This document shows positions 11,011 to 25,254 of a stretch of DNA of 64,000 nt, in pieces (the first letter of the stretch is position 1; each line of letters opens with the position of its first letter). The stretch comes from Vicugna vicugna (taxonomy: Eukaryota): the NCBI GenBank assembly GCA_013265495.1, contig MU058844.1:5000344-5064343 (forward strand), in the 5' to 3' direction. A program made the position numbers and the translations under genes. The notes below the pieces were generated by a model. It ran no database searches and had not been told where the DNA came from. It saw only the letters and a program-made list of their open reading frames with translations.

Positions 11011-13374
11011 CTCCCGGCTCCTAAATCAAATTCTAATAAAATAGTCAGCAGGAGCCTTTTGCTGGATCAAGAGAGTAACTTATTCCCATTTACACATTTT
11101 ACAGCCATAGGAACCTTTAGAAAGAACAACTTATATACACATCTCTTTGGCCCTAATGGATACTCACATTCTATTTTTTATTTTAATTTGATTCATGGTT
11201 TCTAGAGCTGTGTTTACATGGAACCTTTATTTTAGTATGCTCATAGATTACAAGTTTTGCAGTGATAATGTGTTCCTTGTTTTCCTTAATAAGAGAACTC
11301 TTGGATTCTCCAGTATGTTAATATATATATAGTGATTTCCCAAAAAAGAGATTATACTTTAAAGAGTTTTTTTATATTTATGCGTATCCCCTCCCTAATT
11401 CTTTGTGTTTGCTTGTGGGCATATCTTAAAGGACTAGCATTCTCTGGCAGTGACTCCGGGAAAAAATGGACTGAACGACCTCAATTAAGATATTTGTGAA
11501 GACTGGTATGATGGATGTTGACTCTGTGAATATTAAAACATCTAACTTTAGCAATTCATAAAATGGGAGATGAACAAAACTTTTAAATATATAGAAAAAT
11601 ATAAAAGGAAAACATTTACAGAGTCTTCTGAGAATCCATATTTAATGCTGGCATTTTTCTGATAAAATAATTTCCCTGACTCCATTGCTCCTCCCCTTCT
11701 GCTGACATGTGAAGAAACACACCAGCAAACCATGAGTAACTCTCCATTCCTGTAGTTCATTTACATTCACTTTTCTTCCCCTATTATCACTCTTTTCAAA
11801 TAATCATGATTTGAAAATATGAAGTGCAGAGGACCAACTCCCTTAAACCAAAGCACTGTGAATGCATTTGTTTCAATGATCCATTGCTTTTTAATGAAAT
11901 TAGTGGCAAATATTTTGTGCCATTTTTAACCCACCAAAGTATTTTTTTCTTGCACATTTTACTTTTCAGTGAGGATTCTAACATGTAGATTTTTAAACAA
12001 ATGCTATGTCACAATTGCCTCAACCTTTTTGATAATTTAATGTATCTTGAATCATTATTTTAGATTAAATATCTACTTCTTAAAGAAAAAAAAGCATGTG
12101 AGGATGAGATAGAAAATGTAAACAAAGTGTCATCAGATAAAACATGGGGGAAGTCATTTATATGATTTCAATTAACACTCATAATTTAACACCAATTGTT
12201 GTCAGTCCCAATATATCTAAGTCAAATGCTCAAGCACCTTTATTTTTTATTTCCTTGGCAGAATGAGTGAAAAATAAAAGATGGTAAATAATCTGTTTCT
12301 TTTTGTCCCCCTCTTTGGCAAGCTTAGTATTGCCTCTGATTCCAAAAAGAATATAATGAAAAACAAAAACAGAGAAACTATCCTTCAAGGGAAAAATATG
12401 GTACTCTTTTAACTGAATGAAGTCTCTTAATGATGATGAAATATGTAATTTCCTCTCCTATTTTGTTTTAATCCCTTTCCTGTCAAATATTTCTAATAGT
12501 AAAACCTAGAGTGATATAAAGATTTGATTAGCTTACTGTACTTCACATCAGACTTAAATTTCAGTAGATTTTTCTAATATACAGACTCAATAGATACTGA
12601 TGATAAACAATTAGCTTTAGTGAATGAATCTCTTTTCTGTAGTTGGTTGATTGGTCCCATATGCTATTATTCCTGAAATGAAAATGTTTCATTATCTGGG
12701 CAGCATCATGAAGAGAACACACAGCTCTACCAAAAGACACTACATCACTTGACCCCAAATTTGAGCCCATTTTAATTCCATGGACTGTGCTCTCCTGAGT
12801 GACTCTGTAGGCATTTGTTTCTGAAGAATGTAAAAAAAATATAAAGAAAAGAAAAAAAATTGTCTGTGGTTAATGATCTTTGCTAACTACATCTAAACGC
12901 AGCCAAGTTCTTGCCTTGGTGAGTTAAATGCGATGAAGGGAGGGGATCGTCATGTCTGTGTGTGGCTTCAGTTTGTCTGAGGTGTTACTCATGCCAGTGA
13001 GCAGTGAAGGATGGATTTCCTCAGAAGGCTTTAACAAAATGTTATATGCCTTGGAGGCTGTCCCAGTGGTGTCTTGTAGAAATGTGGTCACGGGTCTTGC
13101 CATTTCAAAGAGGAAACTTCTGAAACTCACAGTGGAAAGAGAATTTCACATCTTTGTGTTGTTTGTATGTCTCAAACCAATGTTCTGAATTGTGTTTCTT
13201 CTCAATGATACTCTTTTTGTCTTTACAAAGGAGCCTGCTCCTTTCCTTCTATGAAAGCAATTTTCACCTTACTTTTTTCAGCAGGGCTTTAAATGTTACT
13301 TTGGTTAAATAATTACTCTTTGGTAATTTTCTGATACTTCTAAATGTATCCTTTACAGTTAATTTTTAGAACTT

Positions 13375-13850
13375 TGCTTAAGTTAGCTTTTTGTTACTTA
13401 ACAAACCACCTCAAATATTTAGTTGTTCCAAGTAACAATTGATTATTATTTCTCGTGAGTCTCTGGATGTACTGGTTTAGATCAGGATCAGCTGACCTCG
13501 ACTAGGCTTACTTAGGTGTGTGCCGTTACCTCATGACAGGCGGGGGGCTGCCTGATCTTGGATGACCTTTGCTAGGTACACTCAGTTCACCTTCACATGA
13601 TAATCATGTCAGTCTACTGGCTAGCCTGGAAACATGTTCATAGCGGTGGCAGGGGTCCATGAAAGGAAGGTGGATTGTGTAAGGGTTAATTTATACCCTA
13701 CTTGCATGAAGTTTGCTACTGCCCCACTAGCTGAAGTAGTCAAATGGCCAGGCCCGGAATCAGTGGAGGAAGGAGAGGCTACTACCAAAGGCACAGATAT
13801 AGGCAGGCATGAAACATGCTGTCCTTCAGTGCCTTTTACCATAAAGTTTA
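13375..13850 (-). mobile_element. MaLR solo LTR (MLT1H-like)
   Basis: taacaaaccacctcaaa...ggctagcctggaaacatgttcatagcggtggcagg...aaatggccaggcccggaatcagtg. Confidence 0.75.
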
Positions 13851-13879
13851 TCTAAATAAAACAGAAATGTTAACAAAAA

Positions 13880-14290
13880 CTAACATATAAAGATACCCAT
13901 TGCAAGGATCATTAAAATATGGAAATAATGAAAATAAAATTAAGGGACTGTTAAAAATAAATGATGATATATCCATATAATCAGTATTATGCAGTCATTG
14001 GAAAAATGTTTTAGAAAAATATAAATAACATGGGAAATGTTCCTAATATTTTAAGTGACAAGTAAGATAAAAAACTGTATGTGCAGTAAAGTCCAACAGT
14101 TAGAAGTATATATATATATATATATATGGAGAGAGAGAGAGGAATTGCCAAACACTAATACTAATTAATTGTAGATGGTGAATACAGAAAATGTTTATTT
14201 TAAAAGTCATTTTCCTTATTTCCCAAATTTTTCCTAATTTTGTATGTTGTATTTTATAATTGGAAAATAATATAAAACAAACATGATATA
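13880..14290 (+). mobile_element. Ancient L1ME 3' fragment with a (TA)n(GA)n microsatellite
   Basis: aagggactgttaaaaataaatgatgatatatccatataat...tattatgcagtcatt; microsatellite at 14107-14141. Confidence 0.65.
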
Positions 14291-14300
14291 AATAGTAGCC

Positions 14301-14928
14301 TGTGGTAGGAATCTATAAATTCTACGATGGCACCCACAGTTTCCGCCCTCTGATATATGCCCTGTGTATAATTGCTTCCCTCTGCATGTTAAGAGGGATG
14401 GTTTATTACAGATGTCACTCTCATGATTAGATTGCATTATATGATAAAATTGGAGGATTTCAAAGATGTAATTAAGGCCCCAAATCAGTTGATTTTGAGT
14501 TAATCAAAAATAAGATTATTCTGGATGGGTCTGAGCAAATCAGATGAGCCGTTAAAAGGGATTGGGCCTTTTCTGGAAAAAAAAAAAATTAAAGCATCAG
14601 AAAGATTCTCCTGCTGGTTTTGAAAAAGTAATATGCCATACTGTGAGAGATCCAGTGGCTAGGATTTGAGGGTATCCTCTAGGAGCTAAAAAAGTTCCTC
14701 TGTAACTCTAAAAATGAAAATAAGGACTTTAGTCCCACACCCTAAGGAACTGAATTCTGCATACATTAATGAGCTTAGAAGAGGATCTAAAACCTCAGAG
14801 CAGATTGCAACACTGAATGATGCTTGGCCCAGACTCTGGGCGACGGAAACTGTGAGATAATAAATGAGTTTTGTCTTAAGATGCTAAGTGTGTGGTAACT
14901 TGCTATGCAGCAATAGAAAACTAATACA
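14301..14928 (+). mobile_element. MaLR solo LTR (MLT1E-like), complete
   Basis: TG...CA termini (tgtggtagg...aatagaaaactaataca), gatgtaattaaggccccaaatcagttgattttgagttaatcaaaa motif, AATAAA near 14859, decayed 5-bp TSD tagcc/cagct. Confidence 0.88.
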
Positions 14929-16289
14929 CAGCTCTTTAGAGCCAACATCCTTTTGCTTTTTCATTTCCTAGGCTTTCTAGGTATTGTTGCAAGTAACAGT
15001 ATATCACTCAAAACCATGCCACCATCACAGACACATTTGATTAGCATTATTGTGCATATTCATTCTTACAACCTCTCAAAAGGACAATTTAACATCAGTT
15101 ATTTGTCAAGTGAAAGTTTTGAGATTTAAGTTAGTGCTTCATGGACAGTCACGTAGAAAATTAAGTAGAACAATGGAGTCTTGGAATTAACAGTTTGTTC
15201 AACTATCACAGATGTAGAATTGTATTGGGTGGTTCAATCAATGTTTGATTAAACAATATGTGATAAAGAATGTTTCCAGGCTCATAATTAGCAACATAAA
15301 CTTTCAGCAAATTTAGAGCTATGTAAATATTTTTCATATGACTAATGTGAAAAACCATCACAAATGACCATAACAACCCAGATTTTGCCAATGTATAATC
15401 CTTGGTGTTCCTTCTCTCTTCATTATCCTTGGCAGGTAATTATCTTTTCCTCCAAGCCACAGCTTAAAATCCAAATAAGTTTTGAGACAGTACTCTAGGC
15501 AACTATATTGAATCTATCTGATTTGTCATGGGAAGTAAAATCAATTGTCCCTTGAGAACATAATATTTACTCCATGATTTAAATAGCCTAAGTTTTTCTA
15601 ATGCATTTCAGCAATTGAAGACTAACTAGACAAAATCTGTTTTCATCCATTTTCATTACAACTTTAAAATGAACTAATAAAATGTGTTATAATAAGGTTC
15701 AAAACAAAAGTTAGCATGTATGAGAAAATGGCATCAAGTATATTATGTTGATTCATTTTTCCTGATGATTTACTTAATCCCAAAGTGGCTAAATACTCTT
15801 ATATCTATAACAATGAACTTGAGCAGGGCCACAACCATGTTATCATAGCAAGACTGACTCCATGTGAATTTTTGGACAAATTTCAGTGGTTCTTACAGAG
15901 GCTTTAAGTTGTTGCAGACGAACTTTTCACCTCTGTTTTTTCAGAGTCCCATTGTGAACTTGGCTTAGTTGAGCATGAGGAATTTTAATTTAGAGAGGGA
16001 TCAATGTCATTTCTCTTTGGGAATGGTGTCAAGTTTAAAGTGTTCATTTTAAAATCAAGGGATTGCTTGCTTTTGCCAATATACTCTCCTTTACTCCACC
16101 TGCCAAAAGTCCTTGTCACCTATGTCTCCCATCCTGTTATCATTGGCTCCAGGAAACCACGTCCCCAAAAGGGGGATTTTTGGTTTTGAAGTAAACTGAA
16201 GGCAGTCTCCATGTTGTAGATAGATTTAATTTGTATACCAGAAACTCTTGCAAATTCATTTCTTTTTTCCATCGAAAAGAAAGCATGAG

Positions 16290-16495
16290 AGCAAAGAGGT
16301 TATTAACTTTGGATTTAGACAAAACCAAGATTGAATTCAGACTCTATGATTTTTAATGGTGTAATATTCTGTAAGTTGCCAGATGTCCCTCTTTTCCCTT
16401 AAAATCTGTAAAAATAAAAACACTGACAACCCTAAAATAATACAACATGAATGTGATTACCTGGTATGTAGCAGGTGCTCAATAAATTATACTTC
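16290..16495 (+). mobile_element. MIR SINE
   Basis: aaaatctgtaaaaataaaaac...cctggtatgtagcaggtgctcaataaat. Confidence 0.6.
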
Positions 16496-16799
16496 TGTTC
16501 CATTTCCCAGTCCCCACAATCAGGGATTGAATGCCAGACAATTCCATTTTCCAAAACCATTTGCTGTCTGAACCACCTGGTCCACATTCACAATCCCCAC
16601 ATTCCAGTCAGACAAACCTCTACCTACTGGTTGAAGATTTCACCTTTGTGACACCATCATTTTTACTCATCATGTCACTTCACTTTCGACTACTTTTCAT
16701 CCTCTTGCTCCCTTTGCCAACAATGGCTTCTGGTTGGTGGTTAACAGTCCAATCCAGGGAATTGTCTTAGTTAGTAATAGTAATAATAGCAATAATTTA

Positions 16800-16990
16800 A
16801 AATAATACTTAAATGAACATTTATTGAGAATTTACCATGAGTCAGGTACTCATATGTAATGACTAATCAATTGCTCAAAGCAACCTTTTGACATAGATAG
16901 TATTATTATTCCCACTTTATGAATGAGGAAACAGAAGCACAGAGAAGAGTATCTGGTCCAAATGAGAAATTACAGAGCCGGACTATAAGT
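16800..16990 (-). mobile_element. MIR SINE
   Basis: aacatttattgagaatttaccatgagtcaggtact...attattattcccactttatgaatgaggaaacagaagcacagag. Confidence 0.8.
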
Positions 16991-17824
16991 AAGAGTGTAA
17001 ATAAAATAGAAATTCTTGTGATTAGAATTTCCATGGAAATTTAAAAAATAACTAGACACAATAAAATATTTTTAAAAGCCAGAATCACATATAAAGCTCA
17101 TAAAATGTAATGATAACTGAAATGAGTTACTATATCTGGGAAAAAAAATTCAGCTTAATATTATTATACTCTTTGTCATACCTCACATATAGATACATCA
17201 TCTTGTTTGTAAACATTCAATATAATTGAAAACATTCCAGAGAATGATGTGTGTGTATGTATGTGCATGTGTATGCATGTCCATGGTTTATACATAGACA
17301 AATAATTTTAACAATATAGAAATCAGACTTACACATAGTATAACATTTAAGAACCAAATCAAATTTTCAAGGATTCTTTGGCACCTCGAATTCTAAAACA
17401 TATAGTACAGTATGAAAATACGTCTCATTATAGTTACCAGTTACTTACTAATAATACCATTGTATTTGAACAGGGCAGTTTTATTTTAAAGGGACAATTT
17501 AATTGTATCCAATGTATTTCCAAAATTTGTGTATCCCTTCCCTTTAGCTCTAGAGAATATTGATTTAATACCCATTCAATCATCTGTGGAAAGTCTAAAT
17601 CTCAAGAGGCATTACAATTTCCAAATATAGGAGAAATAATTAGCATTCTTACAACCTTTTGCTTCTGAATTCCTATTCCAGGGAACTAAGTCAACTTAAA
17701 AATTGTTTTATCATCTCAAGCACATAATTTCTCTTCTACTATGTTGACCTGAATATAGAATTCTGCCATTTTCTTTAATTTCTCCAAAATAGCAATATGC
17801 CCCTCCAAACACACATATCCCATT

Positions 17825-18250
17825 TTATTAATTCTTTCAACAAATATTAATGAAACCTACAAAATGAACCATGTACTATGTGGGAGCAGGGATGTAAGCA
17901 AGAAGGACAAACTATCTTACGTCACAACTCTAGTGGCTTATAACCAATATATATTAAACAAGTAAACATGAAACAGTGGTACATATTCTTAAAATATAAA
18001 GTAGTGTGCATTTGGGGACAGGATGATGAGAGGGGGAGGAGTTCATTTTCCTTTACAAAAAATGGACAGAGAAGGCTATTTGGTGGAAATTTTATTTATT
18101 GAATCAGATTTACATGTTTTGAAAGATTATTCAGGCTACTGAGTATGGAAGTAGTAGAGAGATCAGTCAGGAGGCTCTTGTCGAGGTGAATGATGATGGT
18201 GGCCTAGTGAGGGTGGTGGCAGGGAAAATCATGAGACTGACCTATTTGGA
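17825..18250 (-). mobile_element. L2 LINE 3' fragments
   Basis: ttcaacaaatattaatgaaacctac...gttttgaaagattattcaggctactg...gagagatcagtcaggaggct...gatgatggtggcctag. Confidence 0.7.
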
Positions 18251-18261
18251 CTATCCTTTAG

Positions 18262-18412
18262 AGCAGTTATTGTCAAAGTGTAGACCCCTAACCAGCAGTG
18301 CCAGGCCACACTCTAGATTTGCTGAATTGAAAGCTCTGGTAATAAATCCTGGCATTCTGTTTTAAAAAGTTCCCCAGGCAATTCTGATGAATGCTAAAAT
18401 TTGAAAGCCACT
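18262..18412. mobile_element. MER5A-like hAT MITE
   Basis: cagttattgtcaaagtgt...ccaggccacactctagatttgctgaattgaaagctctgg...aagttccccaggcaattctgatgaatgctaaaatttgaaagccact. Confidence 0.8.
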
Positions 18413-20212
18413 AGTTGACAAGACATAAAGAAGGTATATAAACCAAAAAAAAAAAGAATCAAGATGATTAACTTCTAGTTTTGCTTGTTCGGTTTTAGAG
18501 GAGAGACTGTACTCACTCCAGAAGAATTAAAGCAGATGAGAAATTTTTCACTTTGCAATTAAATAACTTCAGAAGCAGTGTTGGCTATCTAGCTGTAAGT
18601 TCTTTGGCCATTTCTGCAACTCAGATTTTGGTGTACCAGTGCAGTGTTTGACTCCTCTCTTAGTTTCTTCCTCTCTCCTCTCTTTTTTCTTGTCTGCTCT
18701 CTCTACTTTCAGTTTCTGCTCATTTTAATTTGTAACAGTTTCCCTCCTCCTTGGCTCATCCAAACAATGCATTAAAAGCTAAAAACCTAACTAATTTTCT
18801 TTTCTTCAATATAAATTTCTAAACAAACACAATTCTTGTTCAATGAAGAATTCTGGATCAGCTATGGAGAAAATATTTTTTCACCCCCACTGATTGAAAA
18901 AGTCAATTTGCCTTGCAAAGATTTGAACGTATCTTAGAATAATTTCAGTGATAATTGGATTATTCTAAAAATTAAAATAAAATTTTGAAAAACTGAAAAA
19001 CTTGAATGTTGCCAAAGACATACATTAAGAACATTAAAATTACCAGCACTTTTGAGGGTTTTTCATGTCCATTTGTTTAGGACTTCAAACCAAGAGTATA
19101 ATTTCAATTCAGAAATTTCATTGCTATTCAAATGAATTTTCATGCACCTTCTCTTAAAGTCTTACAACAAAACAATAATGACTCCATTCCATTTTTTACA
19201 AATTGTTTTTTTTCAAGTTGTGATGTCAAATGTTTCTATTATACTTTAAAATCCTGTACAGAATTGAAAGCTTAATTTATTATTTAACAATAAAATTTTT
19301 CCTTTATTTTACTGCAACAATATTGTACCTCTTTATAATCTTGATGTGATAGCACTGTACAACAAAATTCTTTTCTTTTAGAACTGTTGTTCTTTTATAA
19401 GAATGCTGCTCTATTAATTATAAGTGTGGCAGCTCAATGCTTGGATTGCAGCATAAAATGTAATTTATTAAAATCTGTTCCAGGCAGATCTGAGACAAGG
19501 AGTTCAGTATTTATTAATGCTTTCTCCATTTTAGGCTTAGAGAAAACTGAATTAAATACAGTAAAACTTGTGGCACTGTCTTCACATTCATTTTTTGAGG
19601 CACAAAAAGAAGTCTCTATCATCTAAAATAGACTAAAATAAAAGTCAACTGCTGAAGGCTTGACATTTTTGTGTTTTTTATCTTCTAGAGAATTGCCCTT
19701 ATAGTTAAGTGCTAAGCCAAGGTACTTCTTTAGGACAGTGAAATGGTCTTACACAACTTTGGTTCTCCATGGTCCAGACCAGGTGACCGAGCTGAATTAG
19801 ATGAACAAATAAGACCATCTTCTTTGGGTTTTTCTTGCATATATAGGTGTCTATGTGCGTGTGTGTGTGTGCGTGTGTAATGTGAAGGTGATTTACTGTA
19901 TTTTTTGGTAGATTGATTGTTTGCATGTGTATTAAATATATATATTTTTTATTTCTGATAAGCAATATGGGAAAAAGATAATTTGTTGAAAGTAATAACT
20001 GTTAATGACTGTTTTCAAAATAATTAGCTGCTCTTCAGAATTCAACTTTTCTGTTTTCAAATTAGTCTGTACATTTTTACAAAATATAAGAATCCTTAAC
20101 AGTTTTTCTAGCATTATTTCATTTTTTTCTCTAGCATTATTTTAAAAACAAAAAATAAATAAAAATCTTTAAAAGCATTCCAGTATCTATCTACTAAAGA
20201 TTATGACGACTC

Positions 20213-20720
20213 TGTACTAGGTCACTCAAGCCAAACGACTTCCCAGAACTTCCTTCCTTCTATGGTTCTTGTTAAGATGGGCCACAAGAGAGATTCTTAC
20301 AAGATTTTGGAGAAGGAGTGGAGGTAGCAATCATTTTGTACCATTATTGCTCATCTGTGGATTCACCTTGTTGGTGTGAAAGAGCATTTTTACCAAATAT
20401 GTGTATTTGGCTCGGAGGCTTTTACAGGATGCCCTGGTCACAAAGATAAGAGGCAACAAGAATGGACATGGGATTCAGACACCCCTTGGGAAATTCTAGC
20501 TCATGCTCATAAAAGTCCAGTCTGTTGTTCCTGATCTTCCCTTCCTGACTGCTGCCCTGTAGACTTCACGCTCCAGCATCAGAAGTGGAGACAGCCTTGC
20601 AGAGACTGTTGAAGCCAGTCCCTCCCCTCCAAAATTTGTAGGCAAATTCCCTGAAATAATTTGGGTGTGTGTGCAAGTGTGTGTGTGTATGTATTTCCTA
20701 GTGGTTGACTTCTGGTAGAT
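20213..20720. mobile_element. Old ERVL-class solo LTR (LTR40/LTR41-like)
   Basis: cttcccagaacttccttcc...gggccacaagagagattctt...gctccagcatcagaag...ccttgcagagactgtt. Confidence 0.55.
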
Positions 20721-21184
20721 ACAAGGTCCCAAACTTCTTTTCTTGTCCATCAAGCACTTGATCTATCTTACATTGGGTTTAAGTCTCATACCCTTGCACA
20801 GTTCTCCACACAATATAAAATTAAACTAGGATTAGCTACTTGTCACTACAGAAACAGGCCAAGATTTCCTATAACTTCATTAGTCTGGGCTTTTATTTAC
20901 CTCCATGTTACCCATTTGGCACCTATCAAAATATAATTTGTTAGTGATGGTGGTGGTTGTATTTTTGTTTGTTGTTTTTTTGGGGGGTATTTTTTCAGTA
21001 TAAATAATTTCTTCCTCTGAATTACACTATTCTAGGGGTTGCTTACTTCTCCACTCAACCTCTAATGGTAAATACCTTTGGAGTATGGGCTGCATAGAAT
21101 CTTTGTTTTTCTTTCCATGCAACATTGAACACAGTCACATGCCCGTTAAGTCCTTAATAAATAACTCTTGGATCAAAGTGAATC

Positions 21185-21613
21185 TGTCAAAAATGATGAA
21201 GAGTCTGAGATTTTACCCTACTTCTAAGCTAATGAGTTACCCTGCCACAGTTTCACAGATCCTAGCAGAAAGCCAGAGACCCATGGGATAGAGACAAAGG
21301 AGTTTATGACTCACAATACAGCAGACAGCATGTACTTTATGTTTGCATCAAACATTTATTGCTCCATGGTCCTATGGATGCTGTACAACAATGGTCTGCA
21401 TCATAGCTGTGGAATCATGTTTTTCCCAATCTTATTATGGAGGGACAAAGACATTATATTATTCTGGTCAGAAAACAAATGAGCCCACTGATTCATAGGG
21501 AGACTATTTATAACCTCTCAGGTTGCTTTCTATGCAAACATTCTTGAAAAGATAATCTAGATCAAAATTGTCATACAATGTGTGGAAACACTATGGAGAA
21601 TTCACTCCCAACA
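21185..21613 (-). mobile_element. ERVL solo LTR (MER74/LTR53-like) with an intact TSD
   Basis: TG...CA termini, perfect 5-bp TSD GAATC at 21180-21184 and 21614-21618, motif gtctgagattttaccctactt...ctgccacagtttca. Confidence 0.85.
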
Positions 21614-22874
21614 GAATCATCTACTGGAAAACAGTAAAACTCAGTGAAACGGCATTTTGAATATCCTTTATATTTAAAATGTAGCTATGTTTTCTTACAA
21701 TACAGTTTTTATTTTCTATAGATCTCATCCCCAAATATTTATAGCCTGGTACAAAATTGGCTCATAGTCTATAATTAAGTACCATTGAATCTGGCACTTC
21801 TTCCTACTTTAAAAGCATATTGCAAATCACATACTATTAATCTCCATGGAGATAGCTGAGCTGCCAATCACTTCTTAAGTCTGCAAAAACTTCAGTGGAC
21901 TATGGGGAAGAAATTGGAGCATTTGGGAGTATACAAAAAAGATTCATTTAGCTGAATTGAGTTATATATTTCCAGCACCAGTGAGTGGAAATAGAAGTTC
22001 ATATATATTTCAGTCCAGTATGCAAAAGTTTGTCTCTTTGTCACAATACAAATCAGACAGAGAACCAATTCTTTTTTCTTTTTCTTTATTTCCTCCAAGT
22101 TAGCCCTCTTTATTCTACTTGGGTTTTTAAATCATGTTAAAGTTTCAGTACCTAAATATTTCATTTCCATTTCAGTTCCAAAGGTTCATCAATTTTAAAG
22201 ATGGATTATAAATCTATATCAAGTTGTTCCTGGGAGATATGGTGACCAAAGTAGCTTGCTTGAGATGTACATCCAATTTCATTCTTTTGCTATGCTGAAT
22301 TTTATAACCAGTGTATTCCAAAGGGATAAAAGAAATATGGCACTTGTAGTGAGGGATTGAAGAAGTAAACTATTTTAAATACATGGTTGACATGGTTGAC
22401 AGTTAACTGTTAGGAATGAGGTAAAACAGCAATGAAAAGCACATTTCTAGAAAAGCCAAACCATGAAAAAAATTTATATATATTCTAAGCCTGCTTATAA
22501 TAGCCAGCAGTTTGACATTTTTTTTTTACATACGGATTTATGTAGAAAACATCAACTAATTTTATGATTTTGGAGGAAATCTGTATGTGAAGGAAAGTGA
22601 TAAACTGAGTAAACCCTTAAATAAAAGTTATCTGATTGTATGGTATAATCATATATATTGCCTGATTTTTGTCTTTATGTCAATTTTATTTGATATGCAG
22701 AGAATTATGGAAACCTTTATTTTATGGCTATTAAAATGAATTCCGAGAGTTTCTGTGTTTTTCCCAACATTTCAGAGCTATTAAGTAATAGTGTTTTTAC
22801 TAGAGGTCAGCATTTCTTGCTCAGGGTTATTTTCACAATATTATAAATTCATTTTCATTAATAACATCTATCAT

Positions 22875-23085
22875 TTAGTAATCAGTCAATATGTATCTGG
22901 CATTGTGTAAGGAGTTTTGTTTGGCTTATCTCATTTAATTTCCATGGCATCTCTATCAACAAGGTCAATTATTATCTTCCTTATATCCAATTACTTGGAT
23001 AAAATTATAGCTATTAATTTTACAAGGTCACAGAGAAAGTAAAAGCTCAAACCTGTGTATTTCAGAATCTGGAGTCTTCACTGAA
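22875..23085 (-). mobile_element. MIR SINE (degraded)
   Basis: tggcattgtgtaagg...ttatctcatttaatttcc...caaggtcacagag...ctcaaacctg. Confidence 0.6.
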
Positions 23086-24659
23086 ATGCAACCCTAAAAA
23101 TTAAATAGGTTTTGCAACCTCCCAATTACATATATCTATATTACACACTGGGGATTTGGAAATACTCTTCTGTTAGTAATAAAATATATTTTGAAGATTC
23201 CATGGACCACTTAAACTTCAATAGAAACTCATTAAAAATGTAAATTCAAGCATGCCCTTTTAGTCAAAGATTAAACCTTAGAGGAAAATATCAACATAAA
23301 ACCCTGTTGATAAATAACAATACCTGTAATGTATAGGGAGTAAAGTATCATCAAAGTAAGGCATCTGTTTCAAAAGTCATTTTGAAATATGTTAGCAGGT
23401 GAAATATTTTCATTTCAACTGCAGAGTGTTAACGTTACATTCACTTTGTACGACATCCAGCGCTCATTTGATCCGGCTGATGATTCAGAGGCAGGAGCTA
23501 AGCCTAGCTTCTGTTTATTATTCTCTGCAAATTTCATATTACTCTGCGATGCTCTGGAAACAAAACAATTATTATTCATCTCCCACAGGGAAAGCCAAGC
23601 TGTATATAAAGCTGTAGCAAGTCAGCTCTGTTTCTGCAGCAGTATTTTATTAGAAGCAGAGTTTCTTTGTGATTTTGTTCAGTAAAGAAAATAATCAGAA
23701 TGAATTCAAGTCAAAAATCCTTGAAATCTGTCTCACCTACAAATCTAGTAGGTCTTGAAATCACATTTTAATTGCAGAGGGAATTCAGAGAAAATTATAT
23801 ACATCTGACATACAGCTAAAAACAATCAAAAAAGTACAGAAATATTCTTTGTGTTGGCTTTGCCTTTTCAGAAATAAATAAGACGTAACTGTATTGACAA
23901 AGTGCTGCATCACAAAGACTGAGAAATTAGATCAAATTTATCATTAAAGAAATAGAGAAAATTGGATTTTTTAGTTTTCAGTTTGAATCCTAAAATTTGA
24001 GTATTGAATTATAATAATCTTAATTATACTTGTGGTAATCTCATACATTTTCATGATAAGTAATTTGCATTTTATGGGAAAAGGTAAAGAAACAATCCAA
24101 TGGCCCTTTTCCCAGTTTATCCTTTGGATCAAACTTTCACTGAATCAGTTAGACCAAAGCCATTATACACTTTTACTTAATGTTTAAGTAGACATGTTGA
24201 ATGAGTTTAGTGACAATTTCCAAAGGATACTTTGGCAGATGTGATATAAGTAAAAAAAAAAAATCTTATTCTTCCTTATAAATGAATTGATAAAATATTG
24301 CATAAATAGATTTTACCTATTTTTCACTTTTATATTCCTAGGTGACAAACGGAAGAAAATTCTTAATTTAGCTCTTTTTACTTAAAATAAGATGCTAAGT
24401 GAATTAGTTTATAGTGATAATTAGAGCATTCTAATATTCCAGTGATGCCAATTTTAAGTTTCATCTGTTTTAGTGATACCTAGTTTTAGGCAGGATTATT
24501 TGAATGTGTAGCTTAATGGAATTAATAGATCCAACTGGAATAAATTACGTGTTTTGTTAAGAAATGCAGCACTATTTTAAAAAATATGACTGTAGATGAA
24601 GCATTCATGATAAACTTCCATTTACTAGGCCAAAAAAAAACCTAGCCCCATAGATTCTA

Positions 24660-25070
24660 AAAATATGAATATTTGATCATGTTCTCTGATCACAATGTAG
24701 TAAAACTATACATCAGAAAAATACAGGAAAAAATGTCCTATTCATGTACAAATTATATCAAAACAAAACATGAAACTGTTCCTTAAGCAATTCAGAAATT
24801 ACAGAAAAAGTTCAGTCACAAATTGCAAACTCTTTAAAATTATGACAATTGAAGCCTGACATAGAAAAATGCATGGGGCAGCTAAATAGTCCTCAGAGGA
24901 AAATTTATAAACTCAATACATAAATCTAATGAAAAAGAAAAGAAGGGAAAATAACTTAGGCTTTCAAAACAATGCTAGGAAAGGAAAAATAAAATTAATG
25001 ACAGGAGAACATAATGAAGAAAATGGCCAATGTTAAAGCAAGAATTAATGAGTTAGACAAATGCAAAGCA
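24660..25070 (+). mobile_element. Ancient L1M ORF2 (end of endonuclease domain) fragment
   Basis: catgttctctgatcacaatgtagtaaaacta and gcagctaaatagtcctcagaggaaaatttataactcaatacata. Confidence 0.7.
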
Positions 25071-25071
25071 G

Positions 25072-25254
25072 CACGTTGTTTAGTCTCCATGCATCCATGC
25101 AGTTGTTTTTTGCTCTGTGCACCCCTGCCACCTTTGTTGACTTCTAGTTTCATGCCATTGTGGTCAAGAAAAGATGCTCGAAATAATTTCTATCCTCTTA
25201 AATTTGTTGAGGCTTTTTTTGTGCTCGAGTACATGGTCTATGCTAGAGAATGTT
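25072..25254 (-). mobile_element. Younger, tailless L1 ORF2 endonuclease fragment
   Basis: Minus-strand peptide TFSSIDHVLEHKKSLNKFKRIEIISSIFS; flanked by 16-bp direct repeats (14/16 identical). Confidence 0.85.
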
